DNA of 63,409 nt, filler included, from Basidioascus undulatus (Eukaryota): NCBI GenBank assembly GCA_000826855.1. It is 8 parts of 8 records of this genome, joined end to end, with 100 filler letters (N's around TTAATTAATTAA, not from the genome) between each part and the next. Parts side by side here need not be neighbours in the genome. Positions count along the whole stretch, not along the records: positions 1 to 26,016 come from JTLS01000197.1; 7 more parts are not named here. One strand, 5' to 3'. This document shows, in pieces, positions 1-13,207 of the stretch (positions within the stretch are counted from its first letter, which is position 1; every line of letters begins with the position of its first letter). Position numbers and translations under genes: made by a program. The notes under the pieces are model-generated. The model was not told where the DNA came from. It ran no database searches and was given only the letters and a program-made list of their open reading frames with translations.

Positions 1-1304
1 CATCGCGCCTCGGCGAGCGGCAGCGCGGGCGTCCAACGCCGCCGCCGCCGCCGCGTCCTACTCAACTCGCCCTGTCGAGAACTCCGCCGCCGCGCTCGAC
101 TACAAGCTCAGCCAGCGCTCGACGCGCCCGCCGCCCTTGCCGAGCCAGGACCCGCCGCGTCGGTGGAGCCCTGAGGAGTCTGTCCGGAATATTCTGTGAG
201 TTTATATCTTGGAGTCTGGTGTATGACTTTCGCCGCGTACGCGAGGAATCGGCCGTGGGAACGGTGCGAGGCAGCGAACTGACCCATTGCCGCTCTGCAA
301 TCCCAGGTACAACACCCCGCCGCCTAGCAATGAGCCCTTCAAGCGGTAAATTTATACTTTGAAACGCCTCAAGCGACTACAGTCTGAGCTGGCGGGGGAA
401 CAGGCACATCCTCAACACCCTCGTGCAGAACGAGCCCGGTGTCCTATCGCGCGTGTCTGGCATTCTCGCCGCCCGCGGGTTCAACATCGACTCGCTTGTG
501 GTGTGCAAGACGGAGGTGCGCGACCTGAGTCGCATGTGCATCACCATCCGTGGGCAGGACGCCGTTGTCGAGCAGGCCCGGAGGCAGCTCGAGGACCTGG
601 TGCGAATGCTGGTCTTCTGCGCTCGGGAGCAAAGCTGTAGACTGACGCTGTCTGTCCCACCGTAGGTCCCGGTCTGGGCTGTGCTCGACTACACCAACAC
701 CCGCGTCATCGAGCGCGAGCTGCTGCTCGTCAAGGTCTCCCTTCTCGGCCCCGAGTACTTCAACGTCCACTTCCGTCCCCAAAACACCGACCCGTCCTTC
801 TCCCTCCCCTACAACGCGCCGCCGAAGCAGAACGACGACGGCCCGCAGACGTCGTCCGCGGACGTTGTGAATGCGTTCCAACGCTCGGGCGAGGCGTCCG
901 CCACGCAGGAGCAGACCGGCGGCGAGGAACTCCAGACGATGTCGACGTCCGAGGCGCTCCGCACCAAGCATGCCCATCTCTCTGCGCTGCGCAACCTCGC
1001 GGATCAGTTTAGCGCCCGAATCGTCGACGTCAGCTCCGACAGCATCATCATCGAGATGTCGGGCAAATCGTCCCGCGTCGATGCGTTCCTCGGCCTCGTC
1101 CGCGCCTTCGGCGTCCTTGAGGCCGCTCGCAGCGGTGCGTCTAGATTCTGTTCTTTCCTGGCTTTGCATGAAAACTCATGGCGAGGACCCTTAACAGGCA
1201 TGATGGTCATGCCCCGCACTCCTCTGCCTGCTTCGTGGTCGGACGAGCTCGACCCTGAGGCGGAGGCGCACGCCGTCGACGCTTCCCTCCTCCCGCCCGG
1301 CTGA
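1..1304 (+). CDS. ILV6: Acetolactate synthase regulatory (small) subunit, 5' end outside window, multi-exon
   Basis: Spliced peptide HILNTLVQNEPGVLSRVSGILAARGFNIDSLVVCKTEVRDLSRM...VEQARRQLEDL/VPVWAVLDYTNTRVIERELLLVKVS...GVLEAARSG/MMVMPRTP...DASLLPPG*: ACT domain plus typical fungal Ilv6 C-terminus. GT-AG introns at about 196-306, 346-402, 600-665 and 1135-1197. Confidence 0.95.
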
Positions 1305-2712
1305 ACGCTATTTTAGATACCCGTGTACTGGTGGAACACCCTTTATTCTTTCTTCACTTCAGGGCTGTGGGACGTGCATGAATGAGTATCGGCAAGCCTT
1401 GGATGGGCACTGCCACGCGAGCCGGTTGCCGTCTGCGCCGTGTGCAGATGTTTCCCTCCTTGTTTGTGCCGCCAGAGAATTTCGGGGGCTGCGGCAATTG
1501 CGTTGTTTATCAACGGCTTGCAAAATGCGTGGTTGTATCTGTCCCATGCATGCTTGAGCGTGCCCAGTGCCGAAACTGCACATTGTCACTCAGATGACGA
1601 CCGTCGACGAGTTCCCGAGCGTTCGGACAGACGACCCGAACCCCGCAGTGGATGATAAAATAGGCCTCTGCATGGCACGTTGTCCGAAGCTGCAAATCAT
1701 TTTTCTAGAAGCAAGCTCGAGGAGTAGACAGAATTGAACAGAAGCAGGTCGATCATCAAGACCCTCACGACCCGTTTGCTGGTCCTGATCATTCATGCAA
1801 CTATATGCAAATTCTCCTAGGCCCCCCCTTCCACCTTTCCAACTTTTTCCAGCTCGACACATGATGTTGAGGGGTACCAATATCCCAGCAAAGCTGCGCA
1901 GCGAGCGGGATTCAACCCCACGTACCTGTACATATCATACTACTTGAAAGAAAGGGGAGTACGGTTGCATCGGGGCGCCAGCCCCACAACAAAGGAAAGA
2001 CATCCCTGAGCGCCACGACCCGCACGCGTTTCAGGATCAAGACGGCCGCGACAAACCATGCGCACACAGATCGGATCACGGCAGGTGTACATTGTGCATG
2101 AGTCGAACCATTTCCAAGGCGGCCAGACGCTTGGCAGTGCCTCCATGCACGCTGACTGCGAGTTTCTGAGCAGCTGCATTGTAATATACATCTAAGTACC
2201 TTATCCTAAAGTTTAAGAAATGCACCACGTCGGACCGCTTCAGGACAGCGGCCCGCCTCTCTTCACTGCTACTTGCCGCTGAAATACGCAATTAGTTCAA
2301 GTTAGGCTTTGTGCACCTTGCATAGGCGACCGCTATAACCAACTTAAAGGTCACCAAGAGGTTGCGTCGAGAAGGGTCAGGCTTGATCAGGCCGTATGTC
2401 GAAATTGCACGAAGCGCAATGCGTGTATGAAACAAAGGGAAAGCGTTGTACGCAGCAGCGACTGCCTTGCTGGGCTTGAGGAATTTCTTGACGCCTGAAG
2501 CCCGACGGCTTGGTGTATCCAAAAAAGATTGAAGAAACCGCGCATACCCAAGTGCCTGCAGATATTAGTGTTTGCGGTTTGCGGCTGCGTTCGCTAGTCC
2601 CCCCTTGTAATAACTTCACGGCCTGCGGCAGCTGGCAACGGCAGTCGTTCTGCCTGCCCTGAACGATGTTCCCTTCACACCTTCATCTCGATAGCTGATA
2701 CTGGCCGCTACT

Positions 2713-4640
2713 TTGCAATCGCCCGATACTGATACTGCGACAGCCTTGTCGCGAAGCACGGCGAGCACGACTCGGCGCGCTGCCATCCAGAGCGAGAAGC
2801 GCGACGTCCTCACCGCCTTGCCCATTCACTTCGATCGCAGAGCCCTCGCCGACGACCAGTCGCCACCTACTCCTCGCAGCAGAGCCGATGCAGCCCAAAA
2901 TTCGCGCAGAAATCAGCTCCCCTTCACTCGCCGCAAGCTGACCAAGGCGCTTTTCATCCACCCGCCCGAGAAGATCGGGAACGCGCCGGGGTGGGCTGCG
3001 TCGCTGGCTGACTTACTCGTGGTTGAACGTCCTGCTACGGGCTAATCCGGTTGCCTGGGCTCTTCATTGTGGGTAGATTTTTCCGAAGTTTAGAATCCCG
3101 CGCTTGCTAACTGGGTAAGGGTAACCAGACTCGCATCAGGGCGATGTGGTAACCTTCGTTATTGCGTTGCTCGGTATCATGCCTCTGGCAGGGTCACGGG
3201 CTTCGCAACGGAGACCGTTGGCGTATATTGCGAGGATGCTCTTGGGGGTACAGAACTCCAGCTCTATCTCATGGCTCAGACATAAGCTCACATTGAGTTC
3301 AGGCCTCGTCAACAGTACTTTTGGCAATCTCTCCGAATTTATGATCGCTATTCTCTTGTTGGTTTGTGATGTTTTCCACCTTTTTACCTTGAAGCATCCT
3401 TCAAGATTGATCATAATGAACTTGCTGCACAACACAAAGGTCAAGTGCGAATTCTGCGTGGTGCAGGCTAGCTCGTTGGGCGGCCTTCTTTCAAATCGTA
3501 TGTCCATTGGTCGATTGACCATGATGTATAAAAATACTGAGCGGAACCTTTTGGTAGTCTTCCTTGTGTATGTTTCAAATCGACGCGGACTGGTTTCTCC
3601 AGCACGGCTGATGATCCTGCAGCGTGTGCAGCGCATTCGTCGTGGGAGGCCTACAATTTTCGGAGTAAGGTGCGCTGCATATTATCACAACTTGAAATTT
3701 ATCTACACTGATTATTCAACGCTGTACGCAGAGTTTCAGCAGACCACAGCTCAGGTACGTACCCAAAACTGCTGTGAAGGCCTTCGGCGCTGACCGTGCG
3801 GGTGCGGCACAACTGAATACTTCGCTCCTTACGCTTGCGGCCATTTCTCTCGGTGAGGCTACTGCTGCCACCTCTGTTAAGAGGGTCTTGGATCTGATTG
3901 AAGCACTGCCTCAGTCATCCCGACCGCTTTCGCATATGCCCTTCAAGACGCCGTGAGTGTCGAACAGGAGCGCGATATCATCCTCAAGATGTCGCGCGGT
4001 AGTTTCCATAATCCTCATCTTCAGTGCGTCTTAAGACGGTGCTGTAATTGTCTACAAGGCTGATTATCGTGACCCTCTTAGTCTGCATCACGTTCATGTT
4101 CTTTCAGCGTCCGTGTCGAGGCATCCGTCGTTTGAAACGCGCTGCTTACCGTCCACCTGTCCACCGGCTGGTTTCAGGCTCATCCATACAGATTGCTCTG
4201 TCAGTCGTTCATTCTTCCTGCGTTTTCGATTCACAGCTGAGCTTTTGTTCTTCCCTCTAGCTTTGTCATCTCGATCCTTGTTCTACTTTCCTGGATCATT
4301 GACAAACCACTGTCGCTGATGTGCGTAATTTCTGCTCTGCGAGAAGACATATTCAGCTGATGCCTTCGATCTTCCAGCTTTGATCCACTTGAGACGGTCA
4401 CGCTGTCTCTGACCGTACTACTTGTTCGGTCCGCCCCGCTCGCTGTTTTTATTCTTTTGCTGCTCAATGTTTACATTGCTCTAGATTCGCCACGGAGGAC
4501 GGTCGGACGCACTACATGTCGGGAGTTGCGTTGCTAGGCAGTTATCTATTAATCGTGCGTCTCTTTCTGTTACGTTCGTCCCTAACAGCCGCTCTGATAT
4601 TTTATGCAATCAACCGGAAGGCAATGAGTTTCTGGTGGTA
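2713..4640 (+). pseudogene. Degenerate vacuolar Ca2+/H+ exchanger (CAX/Vcx1 family)
   Basis: Ordered remnants of family motifs: PEKIGNAPGWAASL, FVIALLGIMPLA, GLVNSTFGNLSE (~3302, cf. GLLNATFGNAVE), VVQASSLGGLLSN (~3458), AAQLNTSLLTLA, IILKMSRG then a frameshift to VSIILIF (~4000), GSSIQIAL (~4177), FDPLETVTL (~4379), DGRTHYMSGVALLGSYLLI (~4498). The segment that should carry the GNAAEH alpha-2 motif is not visible between ~4107 and 4177. Confidence 0.8.
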
Positions 4641-7140
4641 CCCATCTGAGGGCACAGACGCGTCTTCGCTGTTCACTTGCTGAGGGACGGGGACATTTGT
4701 CAAGTTCATTGCTTCGGACGAGAGATGTTCTTCTATCACGCAATGTTTTGAGACATGTTGCAGATACGTTTTTCGGAATGAACCTGTGCATGAGGCTTTA
4801 CTTTGGGCCGCGTCCATACTGAAGAAACCAATGGTCGCACACGGGCGATCGTGTCGAACATACCAGCGGAACATTGCACGGAAGTGTCCCAGATTGCAGT
4901 ATGGCGTGACTTCTAGACTTTTACAAACAAACGTCGTGTGCACAAAACCGTGCCATGATAGCTAAAGCGGCTTATGCGAGTGTGTGGCGCTGACATAAAA
5001 CTGTGCATCGTTACGAGTGCGTCATTAGCTTTGCACCATCAGAGGCCAGCCTTTGCAACGAGTGGTATGCAATGAACCATCGCTGGTATTTAGGCCTCCT
5101 CACCCACGTTTGAGCCTCCGAAAGATTCAAGAAGGTAATCCGCCGTGAGGGCCGAGGAGGAACCCGACGCTGCCACTTCGTTCGAGCCAGCCGACCCCGC
5201 GGGAGAGGCGGTGGGAGCCCAGGATCTGGCCTGAAAAGGGAGCAAAAAGGAAAATTAAGCGAGAAAGATGCGGGATAGAGTTTATGAGGAAAGACAAAAC
5301 AAAAGGGGGGGAAGAAGGGGATGCACCGCAGATTGGCACATGCAAGCTGAAATAGCCTACCGCATCCCATCCCGGACAGGAGGGCGAAGCTGTAGAGGCC
5401 CGCGCCAGCAAATGATAAGGGGGAGGGGATAAACATACAGAATCAGTCCGGTCGATGTCGCCAGAGGCCAGATAAGCATTACTCCCACACCGGCCATGAG
5501 TAAGCTCAATGAAAAAACCGTATGTGTCCCACCGAGAGGTCGGCAAAGAAGCCGAAGCCGAACCTCCCGGAAGCAGAGGCTTGGTTATACGCCGCCCCTA
5601 GCGTTGCGTCTGCGGTGGACGACAGGCCGATGGACCGCGCATATAGGGGGGGGGAGAAGAACTGTGGATTGATGGGCTGCATTCAAATGACAGTCCTGGA
5701 AAAGCCATATATGGATGGGGACATACCGTGGGACAAAAGAAGGGAAGGAGACGATGACACAGCTCACGAAGATGAAAACGAACGGCTTGCTCTTGAAAAC
5801 GTTCAATCCGCCCACGCGAGTGCTGATGCCGGCGGAGGTGTGACGCCTGGGCGCAGGAGCCAGCAGGTGGGCAGCCCAATAAGTAAACCCTCCAGGCCGA
5901 TCGCACGGAAGGTCCATGCCAGACCGATCTGTGGACACAGCGTGAGACGCCGTTCAGGAGGTACAGTAGGGCGAGAGCATATGCACCTTTTCAATCAGAC
6001 GCTCGGCGACGACCGAAAATACAGCACCGCCGGTGCCGGAACCGGAAGCTGTGGGGTCAAGCACGTTTGTCTATGTGCCTTTACAATGGAGAAAGAACGC
6101 CAGCGGACGCACAGTAGAGGCCGGTCACAAGTCCACGCTTGCGCTTGAACCAGGTCGCTGTTCTTAGATCCCATGTGCCTTGAAATCAAGAGCAAAGGAC
6201 TGACCATGAAGCACAAGCTCCCGCCAATGCCGAGAAATGCTCCGTGAAGGATGAACAACCCAGGGACGTTCATCGATAGAAATTGCCTGCTGTGGCATTC
6301 GGCAGCCGCGAGATGTAACTACTTCCTTCTACTGTGCGTTCAGCTATACACGATACCTTAAAAGCTCTATTGATTTTTGCTCTGCACAGGGCTGCTTCAA
6401 GATCTGCGTCGATGAAGTATCAGTTGAACAGCATGAATCTCGCCCGGGTGGTGGCCTCCGTCCCTTTACCGTGTCGTTGCAATGGCCGTTATTTGTTTCC
6501 CCTTGTCGCTTCAATAGACTGTACTCTCCACCTTGATTTAAAGTAATGAGGGACAGACCCAGTAGCATTCGCGGACTGACTGGGTTTTCAAACGGTTCAC
6601 TCTAACTGGAAGCTTCAGCTGTACGCAATGTAAACCAAAACTATGCTTGCAGAAGCGGGTCCCAATATTAAGGTCTGTACTTTTTAGTCCTTAAGCATTG
6701 AAAGGGGAACACTTGAAGAATAGTGGAGAGGGATACAAAACTCATAACAGAGGATGAAGCCGATCGATGGTGATGCAAAGGAATGCCAACTCTCCGTTAA
6801 AACCGCAGGGGTAGCCGGATAGCCAACCTGCTTTATCAGCGACCATTTTCCATATTCTGATCTTAGAAAGAGTGATATAGTCTTGACAAGGTCTGTGCAG
6901 AATTGTGTGCTTGTTTGCAAGCGGTGCGATGTTGGCAGTGAGCCGCCCTCGGGATACTCGGAACCTACTACAAATACGCTAGACCAGGTCGCGACGACAA
7001 TCAAGCCCCGCCTCGCGGCGGCCCGGCTGGCTCTCGCCGTCATCTCACCTCCTCGGTTCTCTCTTCGCCAGTCTTCTCCATCCACCTAAAACCTGCAAAC
7101 CACTTCCGATTAGGAAGAATTTCATCGTACACATCGTAGC

Positions 7141-9570
7141 ATGCCTGTTCCTCAGGTCAGCCTCTGGCAATCATCGCGGTTCTGCACGCGTTCCTGTGCT
7201 GATTGTGATTCCACAGAACGAGCTTCCGCTTCTCGAATCGCTTGTCAAGTGCCACCGACGCCTTTCTGCTGTTTTGATATCACGAGCTGATCTACTCTCT
7301 GCAGCATCCGCAACCGCCTGACGGCCCTCAAGAAGGACCGGCAGGAGTACATCAAAGCGAGCGATGTGGTGCGTCCGGCGCCGGTCTTCTCCCGCCCTGT
7401 GTGCGAGATCGACTCACGTTGCCCGCGTCCGAACAGCAATCGATCTACACTAGCGTAATCAAGCTAGGTACATCCACCTTGATCGGGATATTCTGGGATT
7501 GGCAGACGGGGTCGGGCTCATGCAATTGGGGGGTTGCAGTCTCCAAGCTGAACGATGCGCGTGACGAGAGCAACGATGAGGACGAGGGCCCGAACCGGGT
7601 TGACACGACGCTCGACGATGTCATGCAGCTTCTTTCACTGTAAATGCTGGATGGTTTCTGAAGGCTTGTCCGATATTCATGCTGACGCTGGGACGGGCAC
7701 GACCGGCGCACCCGCAGCTTCTTCCTCACGATCGGCAAGAACAAGGAGACGCCGGCGGCGTACTGCCAGCTTGCGACCATCCGCCAGCTCATTTCTCACC
7801 TTAACGAGAGCGGCATCTACACCGAGAGCGACCTGAAACCGTTCCAAGACCGACTCTCCAAGCTCAAGGAGATCATCGCCAAGGACACCGAGCAGGGCAA
7901 GCATCCCGAGCAGATGACCAAACTGCTCATGCGCAAACTGACCGACTGCGGTGAGTGCGGCGGGTGGTCCGAGCTTCTTGGTAGTGGGTGTGAGCGTTAG
8001 AGGGGATATGGGTTCTGATGTGACGGCGCCGGGACACAGAACGCGGACTCAACGACCTCCTCCAATCCCTCTCCGTCCTCTCCGTCGAACTGGTGCCTAT
8101 ACATCAGCGCCTTGTTACTATCCGCCGCCAGCTCGCTGCCATCGCTTCGAAGGCGAAGCCTGCAAAGGCCGAGGTCAAGCCGCTGCAGGAGGAGCTGCGG
8201 AAGGTCGATGCGTGCGCCCTTTTCACCATCCGCTTCCCCTTGAATTTCGGTTCACGAACCCTTATCTCCTTGACCGATACAGGAAGCGGCAGGACGGCAA
8301 GTTCCTTGGACCCGGCGGATCTTCCGTCCCGCCAGGGCAGGCGATCCTGGTCGGCCTGCTCGAGGAGTGCTTCGAGATCGTGCAGGACATCACTGCGCGG
8401 CAGGACGATGTCGCGATGCCGCTCAAGCCTATCCATGACCGTCTCACCGAGATTCGCGCGCAGCTGGAGCGGCTTGTCCTGACTCATCGCTGGACCCTGC
8501 GCGAGTGCGTTCCTATTGTTCTTGCAGATTGCAGGGCCTATGTTGCGCCGCGGTCGCTGATCAGGATGATGAAGATAGGACGGACTTGTGGAACTATCAG
8601 CTTAGCTTGCAGGAGATTGATGCGATGCGGGTGAACGGGAAGTGGGTGGACAGTGAAGGAAACCGTGCGTCAATCCGTGTCTTCCTACGGTCCCGCTGTG
8701 CTGAACCATCTCTTTCGCAGAACCTGACGGTCAATTTGTCGGTCGCTGATCCTGATCCCCATTCTCTTCTCGGCGTGTACTTACAGGCCCCGTTGCTACT
8801 GCAGGCGCTGCTGTACCTTCTGCGGCGGTGTCACGGTTTGATATATCGTCTGATGTCTAGCAGTGAGCCCATCTCTGAGGAGTTGATGTAAGCCAACAAT
8901 CAATCTCCCCTCGTTTTGTCGACGAAGGGCGTGCTAAATTTCCTCCCTCCCGCAGGCCGCTCGCAAACAAGCTGCAGTGCGTCTGCGCGCCGCCGTGTAG
9001 CATAACCTTCACTGACTCATGATGCTTTCTTCGCTTTCGCTCGCAGAACTGTCAAAAAGTGCTTGAACGAGGTTCTTAAGCACGGAAATGACTTCTCTCC
9101 TCGTGATCTCTATCCCGTGAGTCTGAATCGTTTTCATGAGAGCGGCGCGATCTGACATTGCTCTCCCTTGCTCCAGTACCACCTCGCCCTGTACCAGATC
9201 GACAACCTTCGGAAGGACGGCAAATTCTACTCCTCGGATGGCAGCATTCCCGAAGGTACGCGTTTGCGTCGGAAGGGCGACTGCGCAGGCGCGGGTAGGA
9301 AGCTGAGCTGCTTGCGATTCAGGCCAAGCGATCGTCAACGCGCACTTGGAGGAGTGTCACGCCCTCATCGAGCAGATGCAGGCAGGTGTCGGCTCGGACA
9401 GCGAGGAGGAGGTCGCGGACGACGTAGACGAGGCAGAGAGCGCCGTCATCGAGGAGGCAGCGGAAGAAGCGGAGGAAGCGTCGGCGGCGTCGGACGTCGC
9501 ACCGCCCGCCCCGGCCGTTCCCGCAGTCGTCAGGCCTTCCTACGTGCCCCCTGAGCCCTCGCGCGTTTGA
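7141..9570 (+). CDS. Conserved fungal DUF2408/UPF0662 family protein (YPL260W/Cub1-like), multi-exon
   Basis: ATG at 7141. Spliced peptide ELPLLESLV/SIRNRLTALKKDRQEYIKASDV...NRVDTTLDDVMQLLSL/FFLTIGKNKETPAAYCQLATIRQL...LERLVLTHRWTLRE/TDLWNYQLSLQEID...LLYLLRRCHGLIYRLMSSSEPISEELM...LYQIDNLRKDGKFYSSDGSIPEG/QA, ending in an acidic tail with TGA at 9568-9570. Confidence 0.85.
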
Positions 9571-9955
9571 GCGTTAAGTCAGCTCGGCGCGCAAGCGCGA
9601 TAGCGCTTGCCGCCATGGTAGAGGGCGGGCGGGAGCGTTTCGGTTGCTCGGAGCAGGTGCGGACGGGGTTGCCGTCATTTTCGCGTGAACGGGGAGTCCG
9701 GGATCGATGCTCTTATTCTGGGATCTAGGATCTGGTTGTACGGTCTGCCTCAGGGATTCCAGTGTTGCGCACATTCACTACTTCACGCATTCAAAGCCTA
9801 CTGTTGATTCGGGACTGCGTTTCCTCGATCCTTCTCAGGCGTTTATACACCTCCCGCGATATCGGTTGCGAATGCGAGCAGCCACGAGTCGGGATTGTGC
9901 AATGCAATAGAGTTGTGCTAGTGTGCGTCCATGTCAACCAGGCCCTCCAGCCCAT

Positions 9956-11671
9956 CTACAAGAATGCCCGCGAAGACCTCCGTGCCATCTGCGGCCGCAA
10001 GACATAGTCAGCCTCTTACCAGCTTCGAATGACACCGCACACGATTGAACACAGCGAAAAAAACGCACCTCAATGACCTTCCATCCGCCCGTGAGCTCGT
10101 CGTCGAGCTCGTCCTCCACACGCGTCACCACAGCCGCATACGTGCACTGCTCGACGCCGTCCTCGCGGCCGATGACGGGCGCGCCCGTCTTGGCGTCACG
10201 GAAGAGAAGGATCTCCTGCGTGTTGAACGTCACAACGAACACCGGCACTTCGTTGTCCAGGAGCTTGCCCGAGGAGAGCTGCAACAGCGCGTTAGACCAG
10301 CCAGCTGATGAGGGAGTGGGGGAGGAGATGCGCACGTCGACGTTTCGGATGTCGAGGACCTTCGAGTCGGAGATGAGCCCCTTGCTCAGGTAGACGTCCA
10401 TGCTTGCCCAAAGGACGTTGTACGTCTTTCGCAGAAAACCATCAGCATTCGGCGCCGCTATACCGGACAGTGTGGTGGAAGACTCACCGCCTCGCTACAC
10501 CACTTCTTGAGAGACTCCCGGTCGGCGCTGAGGTACGCATCAACGACCTCGGGGATGATGTACTCGCGGAGCTCGACGCCAAAGCTGTCCTGGGTGAAGG
10601 AGGGGTCGAGCGCCTTGAACCGCCGCGTTACCTGCGCCGTCTCGTTCTCGTCGAACCAGGACCCGACCTTGTCGGTGATCGTGCGCATCGCGAGCACCGT
10701 CGGGGACTCGGACTCGTGATACCGCTCTTTCCTGTTCTCGGCGTTAGGCATGTGCGGACCCGAGCGAGAGGATGAATGTTGGGGCTGGGGAGTGGGAGGA
10801 TACGAACAGGTCGGCAAGGCGCTGGAAGAAGGGCGAGTTGTCCTTGTAATCTTGCCATCTTGACTGCTTGGCAGACGCCTCGGCGTGAAGGACCAGCGCC
10901 TGACCCGCCCTGTGCAACCATTACCAACCTCGGGGTCAGCACCGGGGATGCCCAAGGTCAGCCTTCGAGGGTAGGAGAGATACACGCACTCTTCGTTCAC
11001 CTTGACCCGCTTGTGCGCCATACCGTCCCTGCCCGCCTTCGCCAGCCGCCGCAAGCGACGCTCGCGCCGCTTCTGGCGCTCCTCGTACCCGCCCCGAGAA
11101 GTGTCGTCCAGCGCGTCGGAGATCGTCTCCGCGAAGGCCTTGTACGCCTCGGTATCACGGATCGGCTGCGTCGCGGTGGAGAGGGCGTCCGCCGTGGCGT
11201 TGGTAGCGCGCAGGAGCTGAGGAGGGTGCCCGCCGAACATTCAGCACATATCCTCCCCGCGGCGCACATAAGCGAGGGAGTAAGGCGGAGTACTTACCGC
11301 CCTGAACACTTCTGAGTTCTCAATCCCCTGGAGAGCCACCGCAACACCTTCCGAGACCTTCCCCCCGCTCGCCTTGAGCGCCTCCGCGGCCTCGCGCAGG
11401 CGCGGGTTGTTCTTCATCAAGTTCGAGATGCGTGCGCGCTCGTACGCCTCGCGCGCGCGCTGCATCGCCGCGGAGTCCTGGAACTTCTCGGCCTCGCCCT
11501 GGAGCTGCTTGACGTTGTCCTGCAGCTCGTTGTTCTTGCGCAGCTCGTCCCGCAGAACCTCGACGAAGGTCGCGAAGGGGGACTTTGGGCGGTCTTGCCG
11601 GCGCGGGGAGGGAAGGCGGTGCTCCTGGCGGCGACCTGGCGCATGAGCGGGTAGGGAAGAGCACGACGCAT
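9956..11671 (-). CDS. TIM44: Mitochondrial import inner membrane translocase subunit Tim44 (apparent 1-nt frameshift near 11610)
   Basis: Presequence-like MRRALPYPLMRQVAARSTAF, then PKSPFATFVEVLRDELRKNNELQDNVKQLQGE, WFDENETAQV...LDPSF...LREYIIPEVVDAYLSAD...LKKWCSEA, SKVLDIRNVD, PVFVVTFNTQEILLFRD...TGGWKVIE/MARRSSRAFL*. Confidence 0.93.
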
Positions 11672-12187
11672 CGTCCGGCGCTTAGAAGGAATGAAGAAAG
11701 AAAAGGAGCAAGAGGTGGCGAAGCGCGCCGGGGCAGGTGAAGATGGCAGAATGCAAGTGAGAAGACCAGCGCTCAACCGGAGGCGTCGGCGGCGGGCGGC
11801 CGGACTTGAGCGGAATCAGCGCCTTGAAAAGTGCATTTCGGCGTTCACAGAAGCCGGACGTCGACGAGTATCGGCGATATGGGGCACATGTGTAAGCGTC
11901 TTCTTCTTACCTTGCTTCTTCCTTTACTCGTTTCCAACTACCGGTACATCGGTAAAATCAAAAGGGTAATATTTTGGTAGGCAAATAAGATATCAAAAGC
12001 TGGTTTGAAAGAGCCTTGAAAGAGCCAAATATGTAATAAGGCAGTGTGCGAGCCAGCCAGTGCGAGAGCCGGGAGATGAGCTCATTCTTGCCGGGCCGAT
12101 TTCGAAGCCTTGCCCTCCTGGTTCTGATCCTCAACAACTTCTTTCCCATGCCACTATCATTCGCATCGCCGTCTTGTTCCTGCTTTC

Positions 12188-13207
12188 ATGCTTCGCAGCG
12201 CATTCCGCATCCGCCCCCACCGAATTCCCAACCTCGCAGCACGCACCCTCGTCACAACCGCACCCATCATGAGCGCCGCCAACGGAAACGTCGAGGGCTC
12301 CAAGAACAAGAGCGACAGCGAGTGGCAAGCTATCTTGAGCCCGGAGCAGGTGGGTTGCCCTCCTAGGTGGGGGGTGAGTGTTATGGATGATACAAGAATT
12401 CTCATACCGTCTTCGTGGGATGGATAGTTCAAGATCCTTCGGGAGAAAGGGACGGAGCGGCCGGGGTCGAGCCCGCTGGATAAGCATTATGAACAGGGTG
12501 CGTGCTACGTCTTTTTCGTCTCATATGCTGCGTCCGCACAAACCGGTCAACCCCAGCTCTTCTTGGCGTTCTCGACTGCGCATGCCCCGCCGCTCACGCC
12601 TGCTGCCCTTCACCCTCATTCAGGCGTCTACTCCTGCGCAGGCTGCGGCACGCCGCTATACAAGTCCAAAACCAAGTTCTCCTCCGGCTGTGGCTGGCCC
12701 GCTTTCTACGACGCCATTCCGGGTAACTGGAGCTTGCTCTCTGCGGGACGGGAGCTGAGCAAGGACGGCTGACGCGTCTTGTCCTTGCTGCGCTATGCAG
12801 GTCGTGTGAACAGGTATGCTGTCCGATCCTGCACGCTTCGGCGGTGTTTGCAGTCCAGATCTAACTCATTGAAGTACACAGGCATGTCGACCGCTCGATG
12901 TTCATGGAGCGTACCGAGATCACCTGCGCCGCATGTGGCGGGCACCTCGGTACGTTATCCTCCTACCTTTCGATCTTCTCTTCTCTCCCCCTTTTTCTGA
13001 CTAGATCTAATTCCCACTCTTAAAGGACACGTCTTCAAGGGCGAGGCCTTCGACACGCCTACAGACGAGCGACACTGCGTGAACGGGATCTCGTGCGTCG
13101 TGGTGGGCCTCTGTCGATACAGGACCTGCGTGCTGACCAGATTTGTTTTGGGAATTGACAGACTCAGCTTTGCGAAGGAGGACGCTGAGAAGGCTGGGAA
13201 GGCTTGA
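12188..13207 (+). CDS. msrB: Peptide methionine-R-sulfoxide reductase MsrB (SelR family), Zn-binding type, with N-terminal presequence-like extension
   Basis: [97 protein letters not shown] at 13205-13207; several short GT-AG introns. Confidence 0.95.

Noticed and set aside
2076..2522. Two abutting in-frame minus-strand ORFs separated by one stop (read-through or relic?)
   Set aside because: No recognisable motif or codon bias; could be chance.
4700..7100. Long intergenic stretch with a 208-aa ORF (5522-6148)
   Set aside because: No transposase, RT or other domain recognised, and no terminal repeats found by eye.
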